Shown here piece by piece: positions 30,545-39,775 of a stretch of 64,000 bases of DNA. The first letter of the stretch is position 1, and the number at the start of each line of letters is the position of its first letter. The notes under the pieces were generated by a model, which saw nothing but the letters and a program-made list of their open reading frames with translations, did no database searches and had not been told where the DNA came from. The stretch spans positions 2,848,001-2,912,000 of the forward strand of contig OY762926.1 of NCBI GenBank assembly GCA_963666735.1, written 5' to 3'. Position numbers and translations under genes: made by a program. The stretch is from Gemmatimonadota bacterium (GTDB lineage: Bacteria > Gemmatimonadota > Gemmatimonadetes > Palauibacterales > Palauibacteraceae).

Positions 30545-31525
30545 ATGCGGATCTGCATCTACGGGGCGGGTGCGATCGGGGGATACCTCGGCGCGCAACT
30601 GTCGCTGGCGGGGCGGGACGTCACGCTCATCGCGCGCGGCCCCCACCTGAAGGCGATGCGGCAACACGGCGTGCGACTGCTGATCGACGGCGAGGAGCGG
30701 GTCGCCCACCCCCGCTGCACGGACGACCCCGCGGAGGTGGGGCCTCAGGACTACGTGATCGTCACGCTCAAGGCACATTCCGTCCCCTGGATCGTGGAAC
30801 CGATGCAGCCCCTGCTCGGGCCCGGCACGGCGGTCGTCACGGCGACGAACGGCCTCCCGTGGTGGTACTTCTACGAACTCGAAGGCCCGTGGCGCGACCG
30901 GCGCCTCGAGAGCCTCGACCCCGGCGGCGTGCAGTGGGACGGGATCGGCCCGGAGCGCGTCATCGGCTGCGTCGTGTATGCCGCGACGGAGGTGTCCGAG
31001 CCCGGCGTGATCCGGCACCTGAAGTACAACCGGTTCACGCTCGGCGAGCCGAGCGGCGAGAAGACGGAGCGCGTGCGGCGGCTGGCGCGAGCGATGATCG
31101 GCGCGGGATTCCGGGCTCCGATCCGGGGCATCCGAAACGAGATGTGGGTGAAGCTGTGGGGGAACGTCGCCTTCAATCCGATCAGCGCCCTCACGCAGGA
31201 GACCGTGGACACCATCGCCCGGGACCCCGGCACGCGCGCCGTCGCGAAGACGATGATGCTCGAAGGGCAGGCGGTCGCCGAAGCCCTGGGCGCCCGCTTC
31301 TCGATCGACATCGAGCGGCGGATCAACGGGATCGAGGCCGTCGGCGCCCACCGCACCTCGATGCTGCAGGATCTCGACAAGGGCCGGCCCATGGAGATCG
31401 ACGCCCTCGTCACGGCCGTGCAGGAGATGGGGCGCATGGTCGACGTTCCCACCCCCACGATCGACGTGATCCTCGCCCTGGTCCGCCAGCGCGCCCGCGT
31501 CGCCGGCGCTTACCCCTCCGCCTGA
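30545..31525 (+). CDS. panE: Ketopantoate reductase-family protein (PanE-like; possibly oxalyl-CoA reductase)
   Basis: GAGAIGG, NGLPWWYF, KLWGNVAFNPISAL, TSMLQD, EIDA. Confidence 0.85.
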   Translation: MRICIYGAGAIGGYLGAQLSLAGRDVTLIARGPHLKAMRQHGVRLLIDGEERVAHPRCTDDPAEVGPQDYVIVTLKAHSVPWIVEPMQPLLGPGTAVVTATNGLPWWYFYELEGPWRDRRLESLDPGGVQWDGIGPERVIGCVVYAATEVSEPGVIRHLKYNRFTLGEPSGEKTERVRRLARAMIGAGFRAPIRGIRNEMWVKLWGNVAFNPISALTQETVDTIARDPGTRAVAKTMMLEGQAVAEALGARFSIDIERRINGIEAVGAHRTSMLQDLDKGRPMEIDALVTAVQEMGRMVDVPTPTIDVILALVRQRARVAGAYPSA

Positions 31526-31563
31526 ATTCGACCCGGGATCCGACGATCCCACTGGAGAACCAT

Positions 31564-31998
31564 ATGAAGGATCCTCCGGACGGTTGGCCGAGAATCACCC
31601 CCGCGGTGTTCTACGACGACGCGGGCGCCGCGATCGACTGGTTGGCCGATGCGTTCGGGTTCGACGTGCGGGAGAGGATCGAGAACGAGCAGGAGCAGGT
31701 CGTGCATTCCCAGCTCGCCCTGAACGGCGGCCTCATCATGGTTGGCCAGGCGGGGCTCACGCCGAGCCGGACGTACCCCCGATCCCCGCAGGCCGCTGAC
31801 GGCGCGAACACGCAGTCGCTGATGGTCTACGTGGACGACGCGGACGCCCACTGCGAGCGGGCCCGCGCGGCCGGCGCCGCGATCACGACCGAGCCGGCGA
31901 CCCAGGACTACGGCGAGGACTACTGGTCCGACCGGAGCTACGAAGTCCGCGATCTCGAAGGTCACTACTGGTGGTTCGTGCAGCGTCTCCGCAGTTAG
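31564..31998 (+). CDS. VOC/glyoxalase family protein
   Basis: YDDAGAAIDWLADAFGF, YVDDADAHCERARAAGA, DLEGHYWWF. Confidence 0.9.
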   Translation: MKDPPDGWPRITPAVFYDDAGAAIDWLADAFGFDVRERIENEQEQVVHSQLALNGGLIMVGQAGLTPSRTYPRSPQAADGANTQSLMVYVDDADAHCERARAAGAAITTEPATQDYGEDYWSDRSYEVRDLEGHYWWFVQRLRS

Positions 31999-32041
31999 CG
32001 TCTGTGCCGATGGCGCCGAGGGACTGCGTTACCGCAGACCG

Positions 32042-33541
32042 CTACGCGCCGAACAGCGGGATCCGGAACACGCGCGCAAAGATCAGAATGCCGCACAGGC
32101 CCGTGAAAATGAGCAGGCTCAACCCCCCGAAGCAGCGCGCGAACCAGGACGGGTAGAAGAGTTTGTCGTCCTTCGGGATCACCTTCAGGCAGAAATAGAG
32201 GTTGAAGAAGTAGATCACCGGCGCGACGAAGAAGGCGAGCGCCGAGGCGACGAGCACGAGGAACACGGGGCGCGGGTCGAAGGTGATGTAAAGGACGGAC
32301 GCGATGAGCGAGTAGAACATCGTCATCCGGTAGATGTTGTACTCGGAGTTCCACGTCCGCCGCCGTTCGGGATCGGCCCGGTCCTCCGGCGATATCCCGC
32401 GCAGGCGCGCCGTCGTGCGGAAGAGGTTCCGGCAGCAGGCGCCGACGATGCGGGGCCAGCCGTCGAAGTAGTTGAAGGCGGTGGAATACGTGGCCGCGAG
32501 GGCCCCGAGGATGAAGATCATCATCATCCACGGTCCCACGCTGAGCGTGAAGATGCCCGCGATCTCCCCCATGACGGCGCGCCCCTCGATCGGACTCGGA
32601 TGGAGCCACACCGCGGCGAGGAGGACGAAGATCGCCGCCAGCGCGAAGGAGACGACGTGGCCCGTCCGGAAGTCCCACAGCCCGATCCGGAACCAGCGCC
32701 GGCAGTACTCCCGCGCGTGCGGAGAGAGCCGCGCGGTATCGACCGCGAGGTCGGATGCGGGCGAGGTGAAGGGGTCGAAGCGAGGCGCGACGCCGGTCGC
32801 CTCGAGATGGGGCCGGACCTTGCTCATGCCCGCGCGCTTCGCCTTCCCCCACTCCGACGCCTGCAGCGAGACATCGATGCCGGTCGGCAGCAGGCCGAGG
32901 AAGCCCGCGATCACGAGCCACGACCCGTCGGGGATCTCGAAGAGGAAGAAGTGCCCCATCTCGGCGAGCGGCGCCGGCTGGACGATATAGACCGCGACCG
33001 ATGAGAAAACGAGGACGCCCGCGAGGGCCTTCGTCGTGTTCTCGACGACCTTGTAGCTGCCCCGGAGGATGATGCCCACGGAGAGCACGCCGAGCAGGGC
33101 CGCGTATGCTTCGAGCGGAACGGCAAGGCCCAGGTATTCGCTGAACAGGTAGTAGAGGACCGCGGCGGCCGCGATCAGACGTCCCGCCTGGCCGATCGCG
33201 CACTGTATGAGCGTCGTGATCATCACGTACCAGAGCGGCCACTTCCAGCGCGCCGTGGCATAGGCCTCCAGGAGACTCTTCCCGGTCGCATTGGTGAACC
33301 GGAAGGCCATCTCGAAGCCGTAATACTTGAAGATGTAGGCGACGGGCAGGCACCAGAGGAGGGCGTGGGCGAACCGGCCTCCGGCGGTGGGCGCCGTGAC
33401 GACGTGGCTCGTCCCGATCCCCGTCATCATGAGGATCAGCCCGGGGCCGAAGTGGGAGAGAAGATCGCGCGGCTTGAGCGACGGGAGGGTGAAGCCCTCC
33501 GGATTCAATCCGTCGTCGGCCTTCGATTCGCGATCGGACAA
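32042..33541 (-). CDS. NRAMP-like (APC superfamily) transporter
   Basis: GPGLILMMTGIGTSH, many TM helices, DGWPR. Confidence 0.8.
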   Translation of the reverse strand: MSDRESKADDGLNPEGFTLPSLKPRDLLSHFGPGLILMMTGIGTSHVVTAPTAGGRFAHALLWCLPVAYIFKYYGFEMAFRFTNATGKSLLEAYATARWKWPLWYVMITTLIQCAIGQAGRLIAAAAVLYYLFSEYLGLAVPLEAYAALLGVLSVGIILRGSYKVVENTTKALAGVLVFSSVAVYIVQPAPLAEMGHFFLFEIPDGSWLVIAGFLGLLPTGIDVSLQASEWGKAKRAGMSKVRPHLEATGVAPRFDPFTSPASDLAVDTARLSPHAREYCRRWFRIGLWDFRTGHVVSFALAAIFVLLAAVWLHPSPIEGRAVMGEIAGIFTLSVGPWMMMIFILGALAATYSTAFNYFDGWPRIVGACCRNLFRTTARLRGISPEDRADPERRRTWNSEYNIYRMTMFYSLIASVLYITFDPRPVFLVLVASALAFFVAPVIYFFNLYFCLKVIPKDDKLFYPSWFARCFGGLSLLIFTGLCGILIFARVFRIPLFGA

Positions 33542-33805
33542 GCCAGAACTCCCATTGAGGGACCACTGCTCTTCACGCCGGCGCCTTTCGGGCCGGACCC
33601 GGAAGGTACACCGGACATCGCTCCCTGCCGAGAGGGGAAGGCGATCCGCGCGCGGCCGAAGACGCGGCCGAGGACTCTGACGCTGCCGCGGGAACGCGAC
33701 CGCAAAACCGTTGCGGCAACGGGACGCGGTGGAAAGACGCCGGGATGGGACCTATCGTTCCGGAACCCCTGAAGACCATGCGCGGCCAGCGAAGCGGAGG
33801 TGTGA

Positions 33806-34333
33806 ATGTCTGCGATCCATCCCCATGTGCGCGGCGTCTGCTGCGCGCTGACTCTGGCTCTCGCCGCGGGTTGTGCCCCGGACCCCGCAGCCGAAACGGA
33901 CAACCCCTTCGCCGGGGCGTGGTCGCTCGCGTCGTGGGAGAGCCGCTCCGCGGCAGGCGAAGTGACGCTTCCCTACGACGGGAATCCCGCCGGCCAGATC
34001 GCGTATACGGCCGACGGCCGCATGTCCGCGCAGCTGATGCGGACGGGGCGGGCGTTCCCCGACGCGGCGGAGGCCACCGGCCAGGAGATGCGCGACGCGA
34101 TCCTGGGCGGTTTCTTCTCCTACTACGGAGACTACAGCCTCGACATGGAGGCGGGTGTCGTCACGCACCACGTGGAGGGCGCGCTGCTGCCGGGTTGGGT
34201 CGGCTCGGACCGGCCACGCTCGTTCACCTTCGACGGACGGGACCGGCTGATTCTGAGCACCGCACCGGACCCCGCGCGCGGAGCGGGCGCGGTGGGAACG
34301 CTCGTCTGGGAGAGGGTTCGAGGACAACGATGA
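33806..34333 (+). CDS. Lipocalin-like domain lipoprotein
   Basis: LAAGC lipobox, GAWSLASW, GQIAYTADGRMSAQL, YYGDY, LVWER. Confidence 0.82.
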   Translation: MSAIHPHVRGVCCALTLALAAGCAPDPAAETDNPFAGAWSLASWESRSAAGEVTLPYDGNPAGQIAYTADGRMSAQLMRTGRAFPDAAEATGQEMRDAILGGFFSYYGDYSLDMEAGVVTHHVEGALLPGWVGSDRPRSFTFDGRDRLILSTAPDPARGAGAVGTLVWERVRGQR

Positions 34334-36153
34334 AGATATGGCTGATCGCGGTCGTCGCGCTGACGGTCGCCTGCGGAGGAGGAAGTCCGGAAGATCCGGC
34401 GGATCTCGTGCTAATCAACGGGAACGTGTACACGCTGGATCAGGGTCGCCCGGAGGCCGAGGCGGTCGCGATCCGCGGCGAGCGCATCGCCGTCGTCGGA
34501 TCCAACGCGCAGGCACGGGCGCTGGCGGGCCCGGACACGCGCGTCATCGACCTGGGTGGCGCCTTCGTATCACCGGGCTTCAACGACGGCCACGTGCACG
34601 TCGAGAGCACCGGGGCGCTCATCGTGGGCGTGAACCTGCTCGAGGTGCACGAGCCGGAAGGCTTCCGCGAAGAGATCGCGCGGGCGGCCGAACGTCTGGC
34701 GCCCGGCAGCTGGATCACGCGCGGCGACTGGGGCGCCTACGAGCAGTGGGAAGCCGGATCGGCCGGCCGCGAGGGAGAGGGCGCTGCCGAGGCCGGCGCT
34801 TCGAGTGCCGGGGGGCCGTTCACGCCGCACCGCGACCTCATCGACGACGTGACCCCGAATCACCCCGTCCTCGTGAACCGCTTCGACCGCTCCATGTACC
34901 TCGCGAACAGCCTCGCGCTCGAGATGGCGGGCATCGCCGACGCCACGCCGGCGCCGCCGGGCGGCGCGATCGCAAAGGGCGGGGACGGCCGGGTCACGGG
35001 CATCCTCACGGGCTCCGCCGTCGACCTCGTCCGGGCCGCCATCACGCCGAAATCGTTCGAGCAACGCCTCACGGAAGTCCGCGCCGTGCTCCGGGAGGCC
35101 CGCGAGGGCGGCGTCACCACGATCCAGGACATCACCTCCTCCGAGCAACTCCGCGCCTACCAGGAACTGCACGCCCGCGGCGAACTGACCGCCCGCATCA
35201 ACATCCGTCCCTCGCTCGACAACGTGACGCACACCGGCGGGCTCGGCATCACCCGCGGTTTCGGGGACGACTGGCTCCGCTTCATCGGCTACAAGGCCTG
35301 GGTCGACGGGATCATGGGCGGCTCCAGCGCGATGTTCTACGAGGAGTACGACCACGCGCCCGGCAACTTCGGGATCGTGCGCCAGATCATGCTTCCCGAG
35401 GGCGTCGACGGCCTCGCACTCTCCCTGAGCCGCGATCAGAACTACGCCGAATTCCCGCAGGGGAACCTCCAGCGGCTCATGGAGGAGGCGGTGCCCACGG
35501 GACTCCCGCCCCACATCCACGCGATCGGCGACAAGGGCGTGAAGATCCTGCTCGACCTGTTTGAGGCCGTGTTGAGCGAGCACGACATCATCGAAGCGGA
35601 TCACAGGTGGCGGATGATCCACGCGCAGGTCGTGGAGGAGGCGGACTTCCACCGCTTCGGCGAACTCAACCTGGTGGCGGAGGTGAACCCGTACCACATT
35701 TCGGACGACATGCGCTGGATGGAGGAGAGGATCGGCCCGGAGCGGTCGCGCGGCGCGTACGCGTTCCGGTCGCTGAAGGACGCCGGGGCGGTGCTCGTGT
35801 TCGGGAGCGACAGTCCCGGGACGAACGCGGCCCGCTACTTCCTGCATCCGAGGTACGGGCTCTACGCGGCGGTCAGCCGCCAGACGCTCACGGGCGAGCC
35901 GGCCGAGGGCTGGTTCCCGGACCAGCGGCTGACGATAGAGGAGGCGATCGAGGCCTACACGCGGAACCCGGCGTGGGCTTCGTTCGAGGAAGACATCAAG
36001 GGCACGCTGACGCCCGGCAAGCTGGCGGATATCGCCGTGTTCGACGTGGACCTGATCGAGGCCGGCCGGAGCGATCCCGCGCGGCTGCTCGAGGCGGAGG
36101 CGCTGTACACGATCGTCGGCGGCCGCGTCGTCCACGAGCGCGGCGCACCCTAG
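34330..36153 (+). CDS. Amidohydrolase (YtcJ-like) lipoprotein
   Basis: PGFNDGHVH, HAIGD, HAQ, FGSD, GTLTPGKLADIAV. Confidence 0.92.
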   Translation: MKIWLIAVVALTVACGGGSPEDPADLVLINGNVYTLDQGRPEAEAVAIRGERIAVVGSNAQARALAGPDTRVIDLGGAFVSPGFNDGHVHVESTGALIVGVNLLEVHEPEGFREEIARAAERLAPGSWITRGDWGAYEQWEAGSAGREGEGAAEAGASSAGGPFTPHRDLIDDVTPNHPVLVNRFDRSMYLANSLALEMAGIADATPAPPGGAIAKGGDGRVTGILTGSAVDLVRAAITPKSFEQRLTEVRAVLREAREGGVTTIQDITSSEQLRAYQELHARGELTARINIRPSLDNVTHTGGLGITRGFGDDWLRFIGYKAWVDGIMGGSSAMFYEEYDHAPGNFGIVRQIMLPEGVDGLALSLSRDQNYAEFPQGNLQRLMEEAVPTGLPPHIHAIGDKGVKILLDLFEAVLSEHDIIEADHRWRMIHAQVVEEADFHRFGELNLVAEVNPYHISDDMRWMEERIGPERSRGAYAFRSLKDAGAVLVFGSDSPGTNAARYFLHPRYGLYAAVSRQTLTGEPAEGWFPDQRLTIEEAIEAYTRNPAWASFEEDIKGTLTPGKLADIAVFDVDLIEAGRSDPARLLEAEALYTIVGGRVVHERGAP

Positions 36154-36212
36154 TACGGGCGGCCGGCTTTACGGGTCCGCGAGCCCACAATAGGTTGAAG
36201 CACAGAGGGATA

Positions 36213-36284
36213 GGTGGAGGCGCGGGGGATCGAACCCCGCCGGTTGAGTGTCAAGCCCGTGCCGGGTACGCCAGTACCGCCCCC
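36213..36284 (-). ncRNA. Non-canonical tRNA-like RNA (Ala identity; tmRNA-like ends)
   Basis: Acceptor GGGGGCG/CGCCUCC with G3:U70, discriminator A then CC; T-arm CGGGG-UUCGAUC-CCCCG; D hairpin GUAC-UGGC-GUAC. Confidence 0.7.
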
Positions 36285-36374
36285 GCCGAACCCTCGAACA
36301 ACGGCTCTGACGCATTCTCCGATACGTCCACATCCGGCGATCAAAACCGGTCCGTGGAAGTTCGCGGGGGCTTG

Positions 36375-36503
36375 GGGGGACGGTCGACTACGCGCTGCGC
36401 GAAGTCCTGTGCCGCAGCGCGAGACGCGAGGAGATCGAAGCCCTCTCACGAATGGATGAGCTCGATCTGTCGGACGAGGACCTCATGGCGAAGGCTTGGC
36501 GGC
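36375..36503 (+). pseudogene. VapB-like antitoxin remnant
   Basis: Reads TVDYALREVLCRSARREEIEALSRMDELDLSDEDLMAKAWR; no start, no toxin. Confidence 0.55.
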
Positions 36504-36965
36504 CCTCTCCTCAGCGTCGATGAACCGCCGGCTCTGTTCGTTCCGCGGCAGTTCGCAGGTCGTCTCCTTCCCGAACCAGCGGTAGCGGTTCCGGGCTACG
36601 AAGCGGTAGACGAAGTTGCGAAGCGGGGCGGGGATGACGAGGAGTGTCGCGACGAACGGCCAGGCGCGGCCGAGACCCGCCAGGATGAGCAGCGCGGCGG
36701 TGCTGCCGCGGTAGACCTTTCCTCTCGCGAACAGAATCAGTGACCGCGGAGGCTCGCCGGGTCCAAGGGTTCCAGGGGTCTCGACCCTCGCCGCCGCGAG
36801 GATCCGGCGTCCGGCGTCGGACTGGAGCGCGGCGAAGCGGAAGCGGCCCCGCCGGTCCCGGCGGATGACGAAGCGGACGGCGCCCGCGCACAGGTTGCAG
36901 ACGCCGTCGAAGAGGACGATGGGGCCCTCCGGGCGCGCGTCGGCGGGCCCCGCCGCGTCGTTCAC
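36483..36965 (-). CDS. DCC1-like thiol-disulfide oxidoreductase (DUF393)
   Basis: VLFDGVCNLC, FAALQS, YRFVARNRYRWFG; GTG overlaps upstream stop. Confidence 0.92.
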   Translation of the reverse strand: MNDAAGPADARPEGPIVLFDGVCNLCAGAVRFVIRRDRRGRFRFAALQSDAGRRILAAARVETPGTLGPGEPPRSLILFARGKVYRGSTAALLILAGLGRAWPFVATLLVIPAPLRNFVYRFVARNRYRWFGKETTCELPRNEQSRRFIDAEERAAKPSP

Positions 36966-39310
36966 GGCACGAGGCGGGGTCTCGCCATGTTCTTGAGCAG
37001 GAAGAGTCCGTCCCCGGTTCCCGTCACGGCGATTGTTCCGCTCTCGAAGTAGGGGTAGTTGCTCCACGATGCGCCGCCCTGGTAGGGCGAGGTGTCGAAG
37101 AAGCCGATCTCGACCGGGTTCTCGGGGTCCGAGATGTCGAGGACGCGGAAGCCCGCGGAGTAGTTCGACTGGTACATGAGATCGCCGACGATGTAGAGGT
37201 TGTGGTCGGTCGCGGTCGTCTCCGCGATGTATTCCGTGACGAGGACCGGATCGTCGAGGTCCGTCACATCCCACACCAGCGTGCGCGTCCCCTCCACGAG
37301 GCCCTGGGGCTCGTCGCCCTCGTCGTTCATGTAGAAGTAGCGGTGGTCGTCGGTCAGCCAGCCCTGGTGCGCGTAGGCGACGTTCGGATAGTCGATCGTG
37401 GCGAGGCCGGCGGGCGCATTCTTGTCGCTCACGTCGGCGATGTTGAACGCCGTCTCGTTCGAGCCGAGGCAGATTTCCTTGCCCGCGTGCTCGGTGTCGG
37501 GGCCGCGGTAGGTCACGCACTGCGCGTCGTGTACGTACCCCGTGCCGCGGCGTCCCGTCCCCTCCTGCGCGAAGCAGCCGGCGAAGACGGGCTGGGCCGG
37601 ATCCTCGAGATCGATCATGTGCAGGCCGCCGCCGCAGGTCTCGCCTCCGCCGCTGTTCCCGACGGCATAGGCGAAACCGGTCTCCTCGTTGATGACGATG
37701 TTGTGGGCGGAGTGAATCCCGTCGTAGAGGAAGGTCTCCTCGAACGTCACGGGCTCCGCGCCCACGTCGCGCAGTTGCCGCAGGTCGAACACCTGCACGC
37801 CGTGCTCCAGGGCCGCGTCCGCGACGATGTAGGCGTGGTCGCGATACACCTTGATGTCGCGCCAGATCATGTGTCTCGAACCTTCGGTGGCCGGCAGGTC
37901 GCCGAGGAAGCGCGGGTGATACGGGTCGCTGACGTCGACGAACGATGTGCCGTCCGTACGCCCGACAATCGCGATCTCCCGCCCCGTCTCCGGATCGGTC
38001 CAGCCCCAGATGTCGTTGACCCGCGTGGCGCGGGTGCCGCCGAGGTCCTTGATCGGCATGAATGCGGTGATGTTCACGTCCCGGCACTCGAAGACATCCG
38101 CCTGCCCCCCGGCGCACTCGATCTCCTCGCCGGCAAGGGCGGGGAAGCCGCGGTAGTCGTTGACGAGGGTGCCGCCTTCTTCCCAGGTGCCGGTGGCGGA
38201 CCGCTCGTAGACGACGGCGGCGCCGGCGCGGGAGTCGACTCCCGTCGCGCCGATGACGAGGTGGTCGCCGGATCTCGCGGCCGCCCCGGCGAAGCCGGAG
38301 CGCTCGCCGAGCGGAGAGCGCATCAGCACGGAGGCTTCGCTCCAGCGGCCGTCGGCGTCGCGGCGGTAGGCATACAGCGCACCCGCGCCGATCGAGCTCC
38401 CGGGGGCGCCGACCAGAATGTCGTTGCCGTCGAAGCCGATGGAGGATCCGAACTGCGCGTTGGGTTCCGGCAGCAGCGGGCCGAGCCGCGCCTCCATGGT
38501 CCAGCCATCGGCTCCCCGCGTGAAGGCGAAGACCGCCCCGCCGCTCTCCCTCAGGGTCGGGGCGCCCACCAGCGCGAAGCCGTCCCGCACGGCGAGCGAG
38601 GCGCCGAACCCGCTCCGCTCCTGCAGCGACGGCGTCTCCAGGGTCCCGGCTGCCGTCCACGACCCCGAGCCCTCGCGCTCGAAGGCATGCACCGCGGGCG
38701 GCGCGTCACCGGCCTCCCGGGTGCCGACGAGCAGCGTTTCTCCGTCGAGGGCCAGCGCCGCGCCGAACCCCTCGGTCGCCACGCCCTCCGCCGGCCGCAA
38801 CGCCGCGCCTGCGGAGGCGATCCCGTCGGGGCCCGGGACATAGGAGAACACGGCCCCTCGTCCGTCGTCCGCTCCGGGGGAGGACACGATCGCGGCGCCC
38901 CCGGTCAGGGCGATGGCGCTCCCGAACGCCGCGGCGCCCTCCGGCGCCCCGAGCCGGGCCACCTGCTCCCAGCCGCCCGCCCCATCGGACCGGAACACGT
39001 AGATCGCGCCGGCCCCGTCCGCTTCGAGCGGCGCGCCCGCCCACAGCCAGTCCCCCTGAGTCGCGATCGCCCGGCCGAACCCGTCCGGGACGCGCACCTC
39101 GCCGGAGACCGTGACCCGCCCCGTCTCGGCCCAGCCCGAGGCCGTGCGGCCGTAGACCCACACGATTCCGGACATCGTCCCGTTGCCCGCTTCGCCGACC
39201 AGCACCTGGTCGCCGCTCACGGCCAGCGCACCGCCGAACTGCTGCGCGGCGGCGGCCGCGGGAAACGCGAGCACCAAGCCCGCCGCGAAGAGAAGGATTC
39301 GCCGATTCAT
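36962..39310 (-). CDS. Choice-of-anchor B family secreted protein with FG-GAP-like repeats
   Basis: Signal peptide, repeated FG..LA..G...LVGAP, NDIWGWTDP, WRDIKVY, SAHNIVIN, YAHQGWLT, WSNYPYF. Confidence 0.88.
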   Translation of the reverse strand: MNRRILLFAAGLVLAFPAAAAAQQFGGALAVSGDQVLVGEAGNGTMSGIVWVYGRTASGWAETGRVTVSGEVRVPDGFGRAIATQGDWLWAGAPLEADGAGAIYVFRSDGAGGWEQVARLGAPEGAAAFGSAIALTGGAAIVSSPGADDGRGAVFSYVPGPDGIASAGAALRPAEGVATEGFGAALALDGETLLVGTREAGDAPPAVHAFEREGSGSWTAAGTLETPSLQERSGFGASLAVRDGFALVGAPTLRESGGAVFAFTRGADGWTMEARLGPLLPEPNAQFGSSIGFDGNDILVGAPGSSIGAGALYAYRRDADGRWSEASVLMRSPLGERSGFAGAAARSGDHLVIGATGVDSRAGAAVVYERSATGTWEEGGTLVNDYRGFPALAGEEIECAGGQADVFECRDVNITAFMPIKDLGGTRATRVNDIWGWTDPETGREIAIVGRTDGTSFVDVSDPYHPRFLGDLPATEGSRHMIWRDIKVYRDHAYIVADAALEHGVQVFDLRQLRDVGAEPVTFEETFLYDGIHSAHNIVINEETGFAYAVGNSGGGETCGGGLHMIDLEDPAQPVFAGCFAQEGTGRRGTGYVHDAQCVTYRGPDTEHAGKEICLGSNETAFNIADVSDKNAPAGLATIDYPNVAYAHQGWLTDDHRYFYMNDEGDEPQGLVEGTRTLVWDVTDLDDPVLVTEYIAETTATDHNLYIVGDLMYQSNYSAGFRVLDISDPENPVEIGFFDTSPYQGGASWSNYPYFESGTIAVTGTGDGLFLLKNMARPRLVP

Positions 39311-39409
39311 GATGTACCTCCGCCGAAGTTCCGTTCGATCAGGACTCCACGCGCCGCAGAATCTCCCCGGCGAGTTGCTTGAAGTCGTTGTAAGCCTCGT
39401 TCGCGGCCA

Positions 39410-39576
39410 CCGCATGGCTTCCGACGGTGGTCCGGGAGATCGTTGGCGGACGCGCACACGGCCTGCCGGATCTTGTCGCGGGCGTCGCCCTTCAGCGATT
39501 CCTTGCGCTCCACGAGGTCCGACTCGATGTTCGCCAGCATGGCCTCGAGTTCGTTGTTCGAATAGGGTCGGCTCAT
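39410..39576 (-). pseudogene. N-terminal fragment of a Schlafen/AlbA-2 ATP-binding protein
   Basis: ELEAMLANIESDLVERKESL...IRQAVCASANDLP. Confidence 0.7.
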
Positions 39577-39775
39577 GGCGTACACGGGTGGAGGATCGGG
39601 AGCGTCCATCGGTATCCACCGTCCATGTTACACGCCGTTTCCGGCTTAATGCGAGTTCTCTTCCCAGTCCTCGACCGTGCCGACCCGGCTTGCCGTACTT
39701 GCTGCGGGCCGGCGATGGGCCGGCGCTGGTGTGCTCACGCCCCTTGCCGAAGAGTTCGGCGGATGGAGTTGGGGG

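Noticed and set aside
33695..33760. Possible c-di-GMP-I riboswitch (CGCAAAACC...GGGACGC)
   Set aside because: Lacks the GNRA loop, the GCAAAGC junction and a convincing second helix; needs an Infernal search.
33745..34329. N-terminal extension of the 802-aa amidohydrolase ORF
   Set aside because: Overlaps the lipocalin gene; the true start with signal peptide is ATG 34330.
36213..36560. Full-length tmRNA (ssrA)
   Set aside because: The 3' end is tmRNA-like, but the matching 5' strand is only about 70 nt away, leaving no room for a tag reading frame or pseudoknots.
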